From assembly GCA_963662655.2 (NCBI GenBank), contig CAXXTU010000002.1, forward strand, positions 2,304,034 to 2,368,033: a stretch of 64,000 nucleotides of DNA, given 5' to 3'. Under the pieces are notes generated by a model. That model saw only the letters and a list, made by a program, of their open reading frames with translations, had not been told where the DNA came from and did no database searches. Of this stretch, positions 38,831 to 48,003 are shown piece by piece (the first letter of the stretch is position 1; every line of letters begins with the position of its first letter). The stretch is from Candidatus Cloacimonadales bacterium (GTDB taxonomy: Bacteria; Cloacimonadota; Cloacimonadia; Cloacimonadales; JAIOQZ01). A program made the position numbers and the translations under genes.

Positions 38831-41101
38831 ATGGCAGAACCCATCAAAGAGGTGTTTTATATCGTCCATCTCGAGGACGATCAGAAAGACAGGAACGAAT
38901 TCAAACGCGTTTTCCCCTGGATCGAAACTCGCTTAAACAAATTCTTTTTCGACCACTTCAGCTTCAAGAATATCATACCGGGACGCCCCGATTTCACACC
39001 CATGCTGGAATTCAAGCTGGTGCAATTCAAATCGATACGGGACTTTCTCGACGGAATATATCCGGAAAACCAGTTGACCGAGACCAGCTCGAAAATCCTC
39101 TTCTTCGTTATGGACTATGTTATCCAGCGCGAAGACCTGGTCATGGAAAACCTACCCATCGCGAAGGTCGCAGGGATGAATTTCGCCGACTGGCTGGACA
39201 GCATCTTCCCGCATATACCGGTCATTTTACTCGCTAACGAGGATGAATCGGAAGACGTCCCCGAGCGCTGGGGCGTGATTCCCCAGGACATCTTCTCCAA
39301 CATGACGGAGCTGAGCAAGGAATTCAACCTCTACTTCAACGAGTGGTGGGGCGCTTCTTTCTGGAGAGAGCTGAGACATTACGCGTTCGAGGAAGGCTCT
39401 AAATCATGGCACACTCCCGGCCATAACGGAGGGAACGCTTTCCTCCGCTCGCAATTCCAGAAAGCATTCTATTACACGTTCGATCACGCGATCTTCGAGA
39501 CCGATCTGAGCGTCTCCGTCGATCGCCTGGGCGACCTCTCCGAACCGGATTACCGATCCCGCGACTACGATCAGCCCGGACTCAAGCCGCTGCAGCGCTC
39601 GCAGATCAGGGCCGCGAACATCTTCGGCGCGGAAAACACCTTTTACATGACCAACGGCACCTCCTCCTCCAACAAGGCCATGCTCATGACTTTGCTGCAC
39701 CCGGGAGAAGTGGTTCTGCTGGATCGAAACTGTCATAAATCCGTTCACCAGGCGGTGGTGATGTCCGGCGCGCTGCCTCTGTACCTCGAACCGGAGTACA
39801 ACGAAGCGCTCGGCGTATGGACGCCCGTCGATTTGCCGACGCTTCAGTCCTTCATCACGCGGGACTACCCCGAATCGCTGAAGCCGCGCATGCTCATCCT
39901 CACCACATGCACCTACGAAGGCGTGCTGTACCCGATCCACAGAATCGCAAAGCTCTGCGAGGAATACGGAATCGTTTTTTACGCGGATGAGGCCTGGGCA
40001 CCGTACCTTCGTTTTCACCCCTATTACACCGCGAAAGACACCTATCGAGAGGCCGACGGAACCGAGAACCAGTTCATTACTCGCTATAACGGCTGCGACG
40101 CCGGCGCGCACTTCACCGTCCAATCGACACACAAAGCGCTTGCCGCGTTCAGCCAGGCTTCCATGATCCATATCTCCAGTTCCTTCCGCGCATTGCTGGA
40201 AAGGGACCAGAGCCCGCAATGGGACTGGCTCCGCGAGCGAAACTCGTTCCGTGGTAAAGGCTCCTACGAGAAGTTCTGCCACGACCTTGTGGAGAACCTC
40301 CGCTACTGGCATTCCACTTCGCCGAACTACCCGATGCTCGCCACGCTGGATATGGCCGGGCTCCAGATGCGCCTGGAGGGCCTCAGTCTGCTGGAGAAAC
40401 GTCATCGTTGGATCCAGAAATTCAAGCAGGATCTCGCTCAGATTTCTCCGGACAGCGTTGTGAACCTCATCGACATCATCGGCGACGAAAATGTCGATCG
40501 CTACCCCGGATACATGAAAGACCCGCTCAAACTCATCATCGGCGTTCAGGACGAAGAATGCGGGGATGAGCTGAAAAAAATCCTGGAGCGCGAGCACATC
40601 CAGTGGGAGAAAAGCTCCCGAGGCTGCATCGAGTTCCTCATCACGATCGGCACCTACAACGACCACCTTCAGAAGCTCTTCGAGATCATCAATAAAAACC
40701 GCGATCTCCTCGGCTATCCCGACATCCCCCTGAACTACGACGGCGAGAGCGTGGAATTCAATCGAGAGATCGCCCGAAGCCGAACCCTGATATTACCGAT
40801 GGACGCCGCTTCCTGCGATGGAGAGCTTGTAGCGCTGGGTGAATCGACCGGAAGAATCGGCGCTCAGATGCTGGTTCCCTACCCTCCGGGCATACCGGTA
40901 ATCCTTCCCGGTTTGCAGATTACGCAGAGCGTGGTAGATTATGTCCGAAGCCTGATATCTCAGGGACTCGGAGGAAGTATCCACGGGCTTTTCACCGACC
41001 GCGGGAAGCATTTCGTCAAGGTTATGAGGAAGAAAGAGGTTGACGTCTCGTGGGCGCGGATTGAAACGTACAGGAACTACATTAAAGAACAAGGATTATA
41101 A
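38831..41101 (+). CDS. PLP-dependent Orn/Lys/Arg decarboxylase family protein (large biodegradative type with an N-terminal wing domain)
   Basis: SWHTPGHNGGNAF (family motif .PGH.GG), TNGTSSSNKAM, PLP-lysine motif QSTHKALAAFSQASMIH, C-terminal VPYPPGIPVILPG. The ATG at 38831 follows GGGAGGAAGG. Confidence 0.8.
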   Translation: MAEPIKEVFYIVHLEDDQKDRNEFKRVFPWIETRLNKFFFDHFSFKNIIPGRPDFTPMLEFKLVQFKSIRDFLDGIYPENQLTETSSKILFFVMDYVIQREDLVMENLPIAKVAGMNFADWLDSIFPHIPVILLANEDESEDVPERWGVIPQDIFSNMTELSKEFNLYFNEWWGASFWRELRHYAFEEGSKSWHTPGHNGGNAFLRSQFQKAFYYTFDHAIFETDLSVSVDRLGDLSEPDYRSRDYDQPGLKPLQRSQIRAANIFGAENTFYMTNGTSSSNKAMLMTLLHPGEVVLLDRNCHKSVHQAVVMSGALPLYLEPEYNEALGVWTPVDLPTLQSFITRDYPESLKPRMLILTTCTYEGVLYPIHRIAKLCEEYGIVFYADEAWAPYLRFHPYYTAKDTYREADGTENQFITRYNGCDAGAHFTVQSTHKALAAFSQASMIHISSSFRALLERDQSPQWDWLRERNSFRGKGSYEKFCHDLVENLRYWHSTSPNYPMLATLDMAGLQMRLEGLSLLEKRHRWIQKFKQDLAQISPDSVVNLIDIIGDENVDRYPGYMKDPLKLIIGVQDEECGDELKKILEREHIQWEKSSRGCIEFLITIGTYNDHLQKLFEIINKNRDLLGYPDIPLNYDGESVEFNREIARSRTLILPMDAASCDGELVALGESTGRIGAQMLVPYPPGIPVILPGLQITQSVVDYVRSLISQGLGGSIHGLFTDRGKHFVKVMRKKEVDVSWARIETYRNYIKEQGL

Positions 41102-42600
41102 TGATGAAGAAGTATGGCTTTGACGGCATTCGCCTTCAGAAGAGAAAGCAACTACTCGAGATGGATTACAATCCATATCCATATAATTTTGGCGACTTTA
41201 CCTCGGTTGAAGAGATTCGCAGGTACGGGGATTCGAACACTCTGACCGAAGAAGCGGATTCGAAGGAATTTACAGCGGTCGGGAGACTCTGGTCCAAGCG
41301 CAAGATGGGCAAGAGCGTATTCATCGACCTGAAGGATCAGACGGCGAAGATCCAGGGGCTTGTTTCACGTGAAAGCATAGACCCCGAGTACTGGAAGCTG
41401 ATTTCCACGCTCGATCTGGGCGACATCATTGCGATTACCGGCTCGCTCTTCATGACGAAAACCGGCGAAATGACGATGCGCCTGAGCAAGCTTGAAATCC
41501 TGTCCAAGACGGTCGTTCCCATCCCCATGGGGAAAGAGACCGACGACAAGGTGTTCAACCGCGTCGCGGACCCGGAGGCCAAGTATCGCGAGCGTTACAT
41601 CGACTGGATGCTCGATCCAGAAGACCGCAACCGCATCTTCCTGCGCGCGAAGATCATCTCCGCTGTGCGGGAGGTTATGGAGTCGTGGGGATTCATCGAA
41701 GTGACCACGCCGACCATCGAATTCGTGTATGGTGGCGCGGAGGCGCGTCCATTCGAGACCTCCATCTGGGCGTTGGGAAACAGTCCCGCTTACATGAGAA
41801 TCTCGCCCGAGCTATATTTGAAGCGCTTCATCGTGGCTGGTTTCGACAAGGTTTACACCATCTGCCAGAACTTCCGCAACGAGGGAATCGACAACACCCA
41901 TAATCCCGAGTTCACCATGATCGAGTGGTACGAGACGTTTACCGACTACGAAGATCAGATGCGGAATTTCGAGAACCTGGTATCCGGTGTATGCCAAAAA
42001 GTCCACGGCACGACGAAAATCACCTATCAGGATCGGGAGATCGAGTTCAAGCCACCTTGGCGCAGAATAACGGTTTTGGAAGCCCTGAAGGAAATTGCCG
42101 GTATCGATGCGGATGCCATGAACCTCGAGGAGCTCGTCGCGGTGATGAAGAAGCACGAGATGAAGATCGAGAAGAACCTGAGCTGGGGCGTCGCGGTGAT
42201 GAAGTTGTTTGAAGAACTCTGCGAGGACAAGCTGGTTCAGCCAACGTTCATCATGAACCACCCGTGGGAGATTTCTCCCCTCACCAAGATCAAGCGTGGC
42301 GACGAGCGTTTTGTGGAACGTTTCGAGCCGTACGTTTGCGGAATGGAGCTGGGTAACGCGTACTCGGAGATGACGGACCCGGTTCTGCAGCTCGAGCGTC
42401 TTCAGGCGCAGCGCGAGCCACAGGAAGGCCAGGACTACTCCGATCATCCGGTCGACGCCGATTTCGTGAAGGCCATCGGCTGCGGAATGCCGCCTACGGG
42501 TGGCGTTGGCGTAGGTATCGATCGTCTGGTCATGCTCCTTACGGACAGCCAGAACATCCGCGACATCATCCCCTTCCCCATGTACAAACCGAAGAAGTAG
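41101..42600 (+). CDS. lysS: Lysyl-tRNA synthetase, class II
   Basis: OB-fold region GRLWSKRKMGKSVFIDLKDQTAKIQ. Class II motifs FRNEGIDNTHNPEFTMIEWY and GMPPTGGVGVGIDRLVMLLT. The start overlaps the decarboxylase stop (TAATG). Confidence 0.93.
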   Translation: MMKKYGFDGIRLQKRKQLLEMDYNPYPYNFGDFTSVEEIRRYGDSNTLTEEADSKEFTAVGRLWSKRKMGKSVFIDLKDQTAKIQGLVSRESIDPEYWKLISTLDLGDIIAITGSLFMTKTGEMTMRLSKLEILSKTVVPIPMGKETDDKVFNRVADPEAKYRERYIDWMLDPEDRNRIFLRAKIISAVREVMESWGFIEVTTPTIEFVYGGAEARPFETSIWALGNSPAYMRISPELYLKRFIVAGFDKVYTICQNFRNEGIDNTHNPEFTMIEWYETFTDYEDQMRNFENLVSGVCQKVHGTTKITYQDREIEFKPPWRRITVLEALKEIAGIDADAMNLEELVAVMKKHEMKIEKNLSWGVAVMKLFEELCEDKLVQPTFIMNHPWEISPLTKIKRGDERFVERFEPYVCGMELGNAYSEMTDPVLQLERLQAQREPQEGQDYSDHPVDADFVKAIGCGMPPTGGVGVGIDRLVMLLTDSQNIRDIIPFPMYKPKK

Positions 42601-42636
42601 TCAATTCGGGGATACTCCCCGACAATATAATGTGGA

Positions 42637-42674
42637 AACGCCTCCGGTGGTTAGCTCCCGCTGGAGGCGTTTTT
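42637..42674 (+). terminator. Rho-independent terminator of lysS
   Basis: AACGCCTCCGGTGG-ttagctc-CCGCTGGAGGCGTT followed by TTTT. Confidence 0.8.
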
Positions 42675-42892
42675 GCATGTGCCTATGGGTTTGCAGAAAT
42701 CTTTTTTAGGTTTTTATGCAAATCTGGTAGGTAAGCATCTGACGAAGCGTTATAACCTGAGCTTCCTTTCTCTGTCATCCTTGATCTGTGATTTTATTCA
42801 CAAAATCGAATCCCTCAACAGAGTCGAGGGGGCAATGTCTATGCTTCGACTCCGCTCAGTTACGATATCAACATACAAGCACTTCGCGTTTC

Positions 42893-43057
42893 CGGCAAGA
42901 TTTCGTTTTCGTTGCACGAAAGCCGACTCCAGCACAAGTGCTTTCGGCAAGATTTCGTTTTCGTTGCACGAAAGCCGAAATTATCCGCTAACATAATTTC
43001 ATTACATGAAATTACAACGCTCAGGATTTCGTTTTCGTTGCACGAAAGCCGAAATTA
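42893..43057. repeat. Three copies of a 28-33-nt hairpin-containing repeat in a convergent intergenic region
   Basis: GATTTCGTTTTCGTTGCACGAAAGCCGA occurs at 42899, 42951 and 43025. Copies 1 and 2 share the prefix CGGCAA; copies 2 and 3 share the suffix AATTA. Spacings are 52 and 74 nt. Each copy contains TTTCG-ttgca-CGAAA. Further palindromes lie between copies (AGCAC-aa-GTGCT; TAATTTCAT-tac-ATGAAATTA). Confidence 0.8.
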
Positions 43058-43495
43058 CTATTTCATCAAAATCGCCTTGATGGCTCCGGCGTATTCCCCA
43101 CTCTCCATCGTGATCATGTAAACGCCCGACGGCGCGTGGTTCCCGCAGTTATCGCAACCATCCCAGACAAACGTATTGCGCCCTTTGCGGCCAATACCGC
43201 TGAACTGCTGAACAAGCTGTCCCTTCACATCATTGATATCGATCGTGAATTCAGCTTCCCTCTCGAGATAGAAAGCCAGCGTTGTTTCAGGATTGAATGG
43301 ATTCGGATCGTTCGGCAGCAGCATTGTAAGGTGCTCGCTGCTATCTGAAGCTTCCTCTCTCTCTGGGTAATCGGTCTGTTCGTTCATAGCATAATATACC
43401 TCTGTGTTCATCGACGGATTACCGCTTCTCTGGGCAAACAGGTTCCCCACCGTCAGCAAGCAAAAAATCGAAAGAATCAAAATGATTTTCGTCAT
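43058..43495 (-). CDS. Small secreted protein consisting mostly of a T9SS C-terminal sorting domain
   Basis: Signal peptide MTKIILILSIFCLLTVGNLFA. DPNPFNPETTLAFYL...GVYMITMESGEYAGAIKAILMK. Strong SD GAGGGAGG. Confidence 0.75.
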   Translation of the reverse strand: MTKIILILSIFCLLTVGNLFAQRSGNPSMNTEVYYAMNEQTDYPEREEASDSSEHLTMLLPNDPNPFNPETTLAFYLEREAEFTIDINDVKGQLVQQFSGIGRKGRNTFVWDGCDNCGNHAPSGVYMITMESGEYAGAIKAILMK

Positions 43496-43827
43496 CTCAT
43501 ACCTCCCTCAAGATATCTCATGGCGCTATCGAAGAGCGCTCCTTCACCGGTAACTTCCACCTTATACTTCTATGCTATCCGCGCAATCCGATTCTGTCAA
43601 TTTTCGTCTCTTTCGCAGGCAGAAACAAAGATGATTATTATTTGGGATTCCTGTGAAAAATCGAGAAATTTCATTATGCGTTTAATCTGACTTGACGAGT
43701 TTCGGAGGGAAACGGGCGTGTGGCGACAACCATATCAAACCCAACGAATTACTATCCAGGAAAGGGATTCTCTTGACGGATTCGAGCAGAAGTTTACTTA
43801 TATGCACGTCAACCAAAGGGGATTTCG

Positions 43828-45381
43828 ATGCAAACCAAGCAAAATACCGAAGAAGTTAAAAAACTTGTCGCATTGGTTCGTGAAAAAATGCATTCTTCAC
43901 CCGAAGAGGCTCTGGAATATCTTGCCGAATGCGATCAGATCATCGAATCGATGCCGGATAATGCAGCCAAAGGAATGCTGATCGCCCTCGTCTACCAGTA
44001 TTACCTGCATCTCGATCATCTTGGTGAAGCCGAGAGGGGTTACAACATGGGGTTGGAGCTTTCCGAGAAAATGGGCGAGCTTCGCGATGTGGCGATCCTG
44101 AACAGCAATCTGGGACTGATTTACAGCAGAAAAGGCAACCTGAATCGATCGCTGGACCACTTCATGAATGCCCTCGATTACTTTGAACAGCATGACGACA
44201 AGATGATGCAAGCTCAACTATACAACAACATTGGCGTCCTGTACAGCAACAAGCTCGAGTTCGACCGAGCGCTAGACTTCATGATGAAGGCCATGAACAT
44301 CCGGGAGGAAATTGACGATCAGGTGAATCTGTGCGACACGGCGATCAATATCGGTAACCTTTACACTCGCATCGGGAAACCGGAAATGGCGATCGAATAC
44401 TTCCGGTACGCGCTCGATTATTGTCCCGAGGACGACGTCAACCGCGTTTGCAGTATTTACAGCAATCTTTGCCAGACGAACATGATGGTGGCAAAATCAC
44501 AAGAGGCCCTCGATTACGGGCTGAAAGCGCTCGATTTATACGATCGTATAGGCGATGCGAAGCCACAGGCATCGCTCATGAACAACCTTGGGAACCTTTA
44601 CTACAATCTCAGGGATTTCATTCACGCGAAGGAGTTCTACCAGAGAGCTATCGATCAGTACAGCCAGAAAAACGAGCCGTGGGGGACTGCCAATGCCTTG
44701 ACCAGCATGGCAAACAGCGAGATTCGTCTTTTGCAATACGACCTTGCACTGACCCATCTGCTGCAAGCACGCACGATCGCAGAGGAAATCGACGCCATCG
44801 ATATCCTTTACCTGAATCACCAGAACTCGTTCCTTCTCTATATGAGCCTTGCCGACAGCGAGAAAGAGAACCACCTTAAACGTTCGGGGTATTTGAAAAA
44901 GGCCCTGGACGAACAAAGCGCTTTGCTCGCGCTACGCGAGCGCATCTCTTCCGAAGAGAAAACGCGTGCACTTGCAGAGATGGAGCTCAAATACGACTCG
45001 GAAAAGAAATCCAAGGAAGCCGAAATCTATCGCCTGAAAAACGTTGAACTGGCCGAAGCGTACGAGAAACTCAAATCGGCTCAGGACGAGATTATACAGC
45101 TCGAAAGAAGCAATTCCGTTTCCGCTATGGCCGTTACCGCGAATCACCAAATCAACCAACCCCTTACCGTTTTACAGGGAAATCTTGACCTCCTCGAAAT
45201 CCAGCTTGCCGGAAACCATGACGCGATGAAGTTTTTGGAACGGGCGCGGCAGGCGGCTCAGAAGATTCGGGACATCGTTGTCAGCTACAAAGATATCGAG
45301 AGTTATCGTTTCGAGAAGTACAGTGAGAAAACACAGATGGTCGTTATTGACAAAAAGAAGGATCCTGCCGATTGTGAATAG
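43828..45381 (+). CDS. TPR-repeat protein with a coiled coil and a C-terminal histidine-kinase DHp (HisKA)-like segment but no ATPase domain
   Basis: Multiple TPR-like units (LNSNLGLIYSRKGNLNRSLDHFMNALDYFE etc.), then ERSNSVSAMAVTANHQINQPLTVLQGNLDLL, which resembles the H-box AHE[IL]NNPL. The protein ends ~75 aa later. Confidence 0.7.
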   Translation: MQTKQNTEEVKKLVALVREKMHSSPEEALEYLAECDQIIESMPDNAAKGMLIALVYQYYLHLDHLGEAERGYNMGLELSEKMGELRDVAILNSNLGLIYSRKGNLNRSLDHFMNALDYFEQHDDKMMQAQLYNNIGVLYSNKLEFDRALDFMMKAMNIREEIDDQVNLCDTAINIGNLYTRIGKPEMAIEYFRYALDYCPEDDVNRVCSIYSNLCQTNMMVAKSQEALDYGLKALDLYDRIGDAKPQASLMNNLGNLYYNLRDFIHAKEFYQRAIDQYSQKNEPWGTANALTSMANSEIRLLQYDLALTHLLQARTIAEEIDAIDILYLNHQNSFLLYMSLADSEKENHLKRSGYLKKALDEQSALLALRERISSEEKTRALAEMELKYDSEKKSKEAEIYRLKNVELAEAYEKLKSAQDEIIQLERSNSVSAMAVTANHQINQPLTVLQGNLDLLEIQLAGNHDAMKFLERARQAAQKIRDIVVSYKDIESYRFEKYSEKTQMVVIDKKKDPADCE

Positions 45382-45746
45382 TTACATCTCTTTTCCGGAT
45401 CCCGCATTCTTTCTGAAATCTTGTACCGCCGTGGATCAGATTGGTTCGATCCGAACGAAGGTGTATTCATTCACGGCTGGAGTGTCCCGGAAGCCGTGGT
45501 GTTATACACCGGAGTGAGAGCGGAGCGTGATCGGGCCAATGTGACCGCGGATGTCGGTTGTAGGGTAATGGCTTTCCAGCGTGGAATCTTCATCCGATCT
45601 GCCGCTCCAACGTGGATATACCACACCTTTTTGACTATCGAACAATAAAGATAAGGTGTGGAACACCACGTATTCGCGTCGGATCGAACGAATCTTCTCA
45701 CGCTTCGAGGTACAGATGCGAAGTTTCCCCCATAGATTAGGATGCA

Positions 45747-45774
45747 GCAAAGCCCCCTTTCCAGGGGGCTTTGC
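45747..45774 (-). terminator. Strong 12-bp hairpin downstream of the 45795 gene (terminator-like, no clear U-tract)
   Basis: GCAAAGCCCCCT-ttcc-AGGGGGCTTTGC, 21 nt past the stop codon of the minus-strand gene. Confidence 0.45.
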
Positions 45775-45794
45775 AATACAGTGCATTCAATTAT

Positions 45795-47867
45795 CTATTT
45801 TATTAGAACCATTTTTCGGGTCATAACACGATCACCGCTCTTCAGTTGATAGAAATAGATACCGCTCGAAACGCTCTTTCCCGCATCATCTGCACCGTTC
45901 CACACCGCGTGGTGCCGACCGGAATCCAGCGGTTGATTTACCAGCGTCTTCACGAGCTGACCCCGAACGTTGTACACGGCAAGGGTGGTTTGAGCATGCT
46001 CGGGGATGTCGAACCGAATGTTCGTCTCCGGATTGAACGGGTTGGGGTAGTTTTGCAGGTCCATCGCTTCGATTTCAGGCGAGTCTCCAGCGCTGAGCAT
46101 GAATTCCACGTCGACCGCCATGTACTTTATCATCCCACCTTCGTTGGTCCCCTGCCCCTGAATGTACGAGCCAAAGCTATTGTCGTCAAAGAAGAAAAGA
46201 TGGATTCGCCCAACACCGTTTCCGCGGTATTCGATATGATCCGCAGGATACACATAGACCGGCGTCATTCCTTCCAGTTCGGGTGTCTCGTTTGCGTTGA
46301 GGCGGATCGGCTCCATCCATTCACGCCCATCCACACTGATGGAAATCATGATCTCAGGCACGGTAGCCCAGTCTGCGTAATCCTCGTCACCGGCTTCATT
46401 GAAGTAACGGCATTTCAACCCGTCCTGCCATACAGCAGCGTAATAGTTGTACTCTAGATTTGCGCTGAACTTGTAGCTGTTCTCGTGGAACGCCTCATCC
46501 CAACCATGCCACCAGATGGGCCACCCGTAATTCGCAGCAACGGTACCGTCATCAAAGTATTCATCTACCTCCCCATCCTGATCCTCATCCCAGGGGATGT
46601 ATGGATACTCGTTTGCAGGCGGAACGCTTTGCGGATAGAGGTCCTTGAATTCCCACTCCTCAATTGCTGGATCGAAAACGATGTCTTTCACATAGCTGTA
46701 ATAGCCCCAGAGGAAATGCTCGTCATCCGGACTCATGTACCCCAGAACCATGTTGCCGATAAAGTGAAGCCGCCCGTCCGCGTCGAACATCGCCTGCGGG
46801 TGACTGCTGTTAACCAGATCGAAGTAGATGTCTGAGCCCTCGTACTCAAAATAAGGGGATCCATCCTCGTTCTCCGGATTATCAAGGTAGTAAGCAGATT
46901 CATGTTCGTAGATATGCCAGACGCCCTCACCGTAATTGTCGTTGTATATCACGAGCATCTCCGAGCCCGATTCCGGCAGATCGTCGGCATTCAGATAGCC
47001 GATCATGCCGATCTTTCCATCTTCGGTAACCGCAATCCCTTTCTGATAACGTCCCCAGGTCGGCCCAGCGTTGTAACTGTCCAGCATCTCGATGGTGGTG
47101 TATGTCCATTCTGCGTTCATGATGTCACCGGTTTCGATGTCCGCCGTGGTGTAATCGGTGTATGCGATCAACACGTTCTCGGATGGATTATCCGTATGAG
47201 AAGTATTGTTGGTTGCAAACACAAATACCCTTCGCTTACCGTCCTCGGCGTATGTAGGGGACTTCATGATGAACACGTAAGGCCAGCCGAAGAGATCGTC
47301 CTCAAATGGCGTAATAACCCCGGCAATCTCCGAATTATCTACAATGTTGAACGGCGAGGAAATCAGCCCGGGTGAGCTGAGCAGATGCCACACATCATAT
47401 CCTCCGGTAATCGTCATCTCGGGCAATCCGAAATTCACATGATAAGCGATAAGCGGATCGCCGGTCACAGGATCGAGGTCCAGCGAGCCATAACCCTCGG
47501 ACACATCTTCCTGAGAAAGGTAGTTCACACTGTTGAGCGTACCGTCATGGTTAATGTAAGCCAGATACTGCCGGCGGGTAGAGCTTGCTGTTTCACGGCT
47601 GTGGAAGGTTACGTATAGTCCGCCCGTAGCATCGTTCTGCTGAAAGTGTATGGGATTCGCAATGTAGCTTCCCGGCATGTAATCGTAGTATGAAGTCTGT
47701 ATATCGACGGGGGGAATGCTTACATCGTGATTGGGCGCATTTCTGCTGCTGGAAGAGGCTTTCGGGTGAATCCGGCACTCGGCCTCAGTCGGTTTGTCTG
47801 GGATCATCTCCCCTGCAAAAGCAAGGGCTACGCTAAAAAGAAGCAAAATGATCAGCAAGTTTCTCAT
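45795..47867 (-). CDS. Secreted protein of unknown function with a T9SS C-terminal sorting domain
   Basis: The likely start is the ATG at 47867 after GGAGG (MRNLLIILLLFSVALAFAGE). C-terminus NYPNPFNPETNIRFDIP...LAVYNVRGQLVKTL...SGIYFYQLKSGDRVMTRKMVLIK. Confidence 0.8.
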   Translation of the reverse strand: MRNLLIILLLFSVALAFAGEMIPDKPTEAECRIHPKASSSSRNAPNHDVSIPPVDIQTSYYDYMPGSYIANPIHFQQNDATGGLYVTFHSRETASSTRRQYLAYINHDGTLNSVNYLSQEDVSEGYGSLDLDPVTGDPLIAYHVNFGLPEMTITGGYDVWHLLSSPGLISSPFNIVDNSEIAGVITPFEDDLFGWPYVFIMKSPTYAEDGKRRVFVFATNNTSHTDNPSENVLIAYTDYTTADIETGDIMNAEWTYTTIEMLDSYNAGPTWGRYQKGIAVTEDGKIGMIGYLNADDLPESGSEMLVIYNDNYGEGVWHIYEHESAYYLDNPENEDGSPYFEYEGSDIYFDLVNSSHPQAMFDADGRLHFIGNMVLGYMSPDDEHFLWGYYSYVKDIVFDPAIEEWEFKDLYPQSVPPANEYPYIPWDEDQDGEVDEYFDDGTVAANYGWPIWWHGWDEAFHENSYKFSANLEYNYYAAVWQDGLKCRYFNEAGDEDYADWATVPEIMISISVDGREWMEPIRLNANETPELEGMTPVYVYPADHIEYRGNGVGRIHLFFFDDNSFGSYIQGQGTNEGGMIKYMAVDVEFMLSAGDSPEIEAMDLQNYPNPFNPETNIRFDIPEHAQTTLAVYNVRGQLVKTLVNQPLDSGRHHAVWNGADDAGKSVSSGIYFYQLKSGDRVMTRKMVLIK

Positions 47868-47898
47868 CGTAACCTCCAGTTTGTTCATTCATGTCAGT

Positions 47899-47926
47899 AT
47901 TGTATGAAGAATCTTCACTTTGTCAA
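47899..47926 (-). promoter_or_regulatory. Sigma70-like promoter TTGACA-N16-TACAAT for the 47867 gene
   Basis: The minus strand reads cTTGACAaagtgaagattcttcaTACAATactg. The -10 element ends 31 nt upstream of the ATG. Confidence 0.55.
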
Positions 47927-48003
47927 GAAAGGATTCGTTGCGGATGAAAAAAGAAAACCCGAATCCGAGGATCCGGGTTTTCAATTATGTCAGAGCTATA
48001 CGA

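Noticed and set aside
39404-40666. 420-aa minus-strand ORF
   Set aside because: It lies fully antisense within the well-supported decarboxylase gene. Arg/Val/Gly-rich translation of this kind is typical of shadow ORFs in GC-rich coding sequence.
42893-43057. Orphan mini-CRISPR array (three 28-nt repeats)
   Set aside because: There are only three copies with irregular spacers of 24 and 46 nt. The repeat borders differ between copies, the spacers are palindromic, and no cas genes lie adjacent. A REP/MITE-like or structural element is more likely.
45382-45794. RNase P RNA, tmRNA or SRP RNA in the structured gap
   Set aside because: I looked for GAGGAAAGTCC-type P4 boxes, a tRNA-like 3' end with a tag ORF, and the GGAA tetraloop/AGCAG SRP motif. 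None was found on either strand. Only GTCCCGGAAGCC weakly resembles the SRP domain IV motif.
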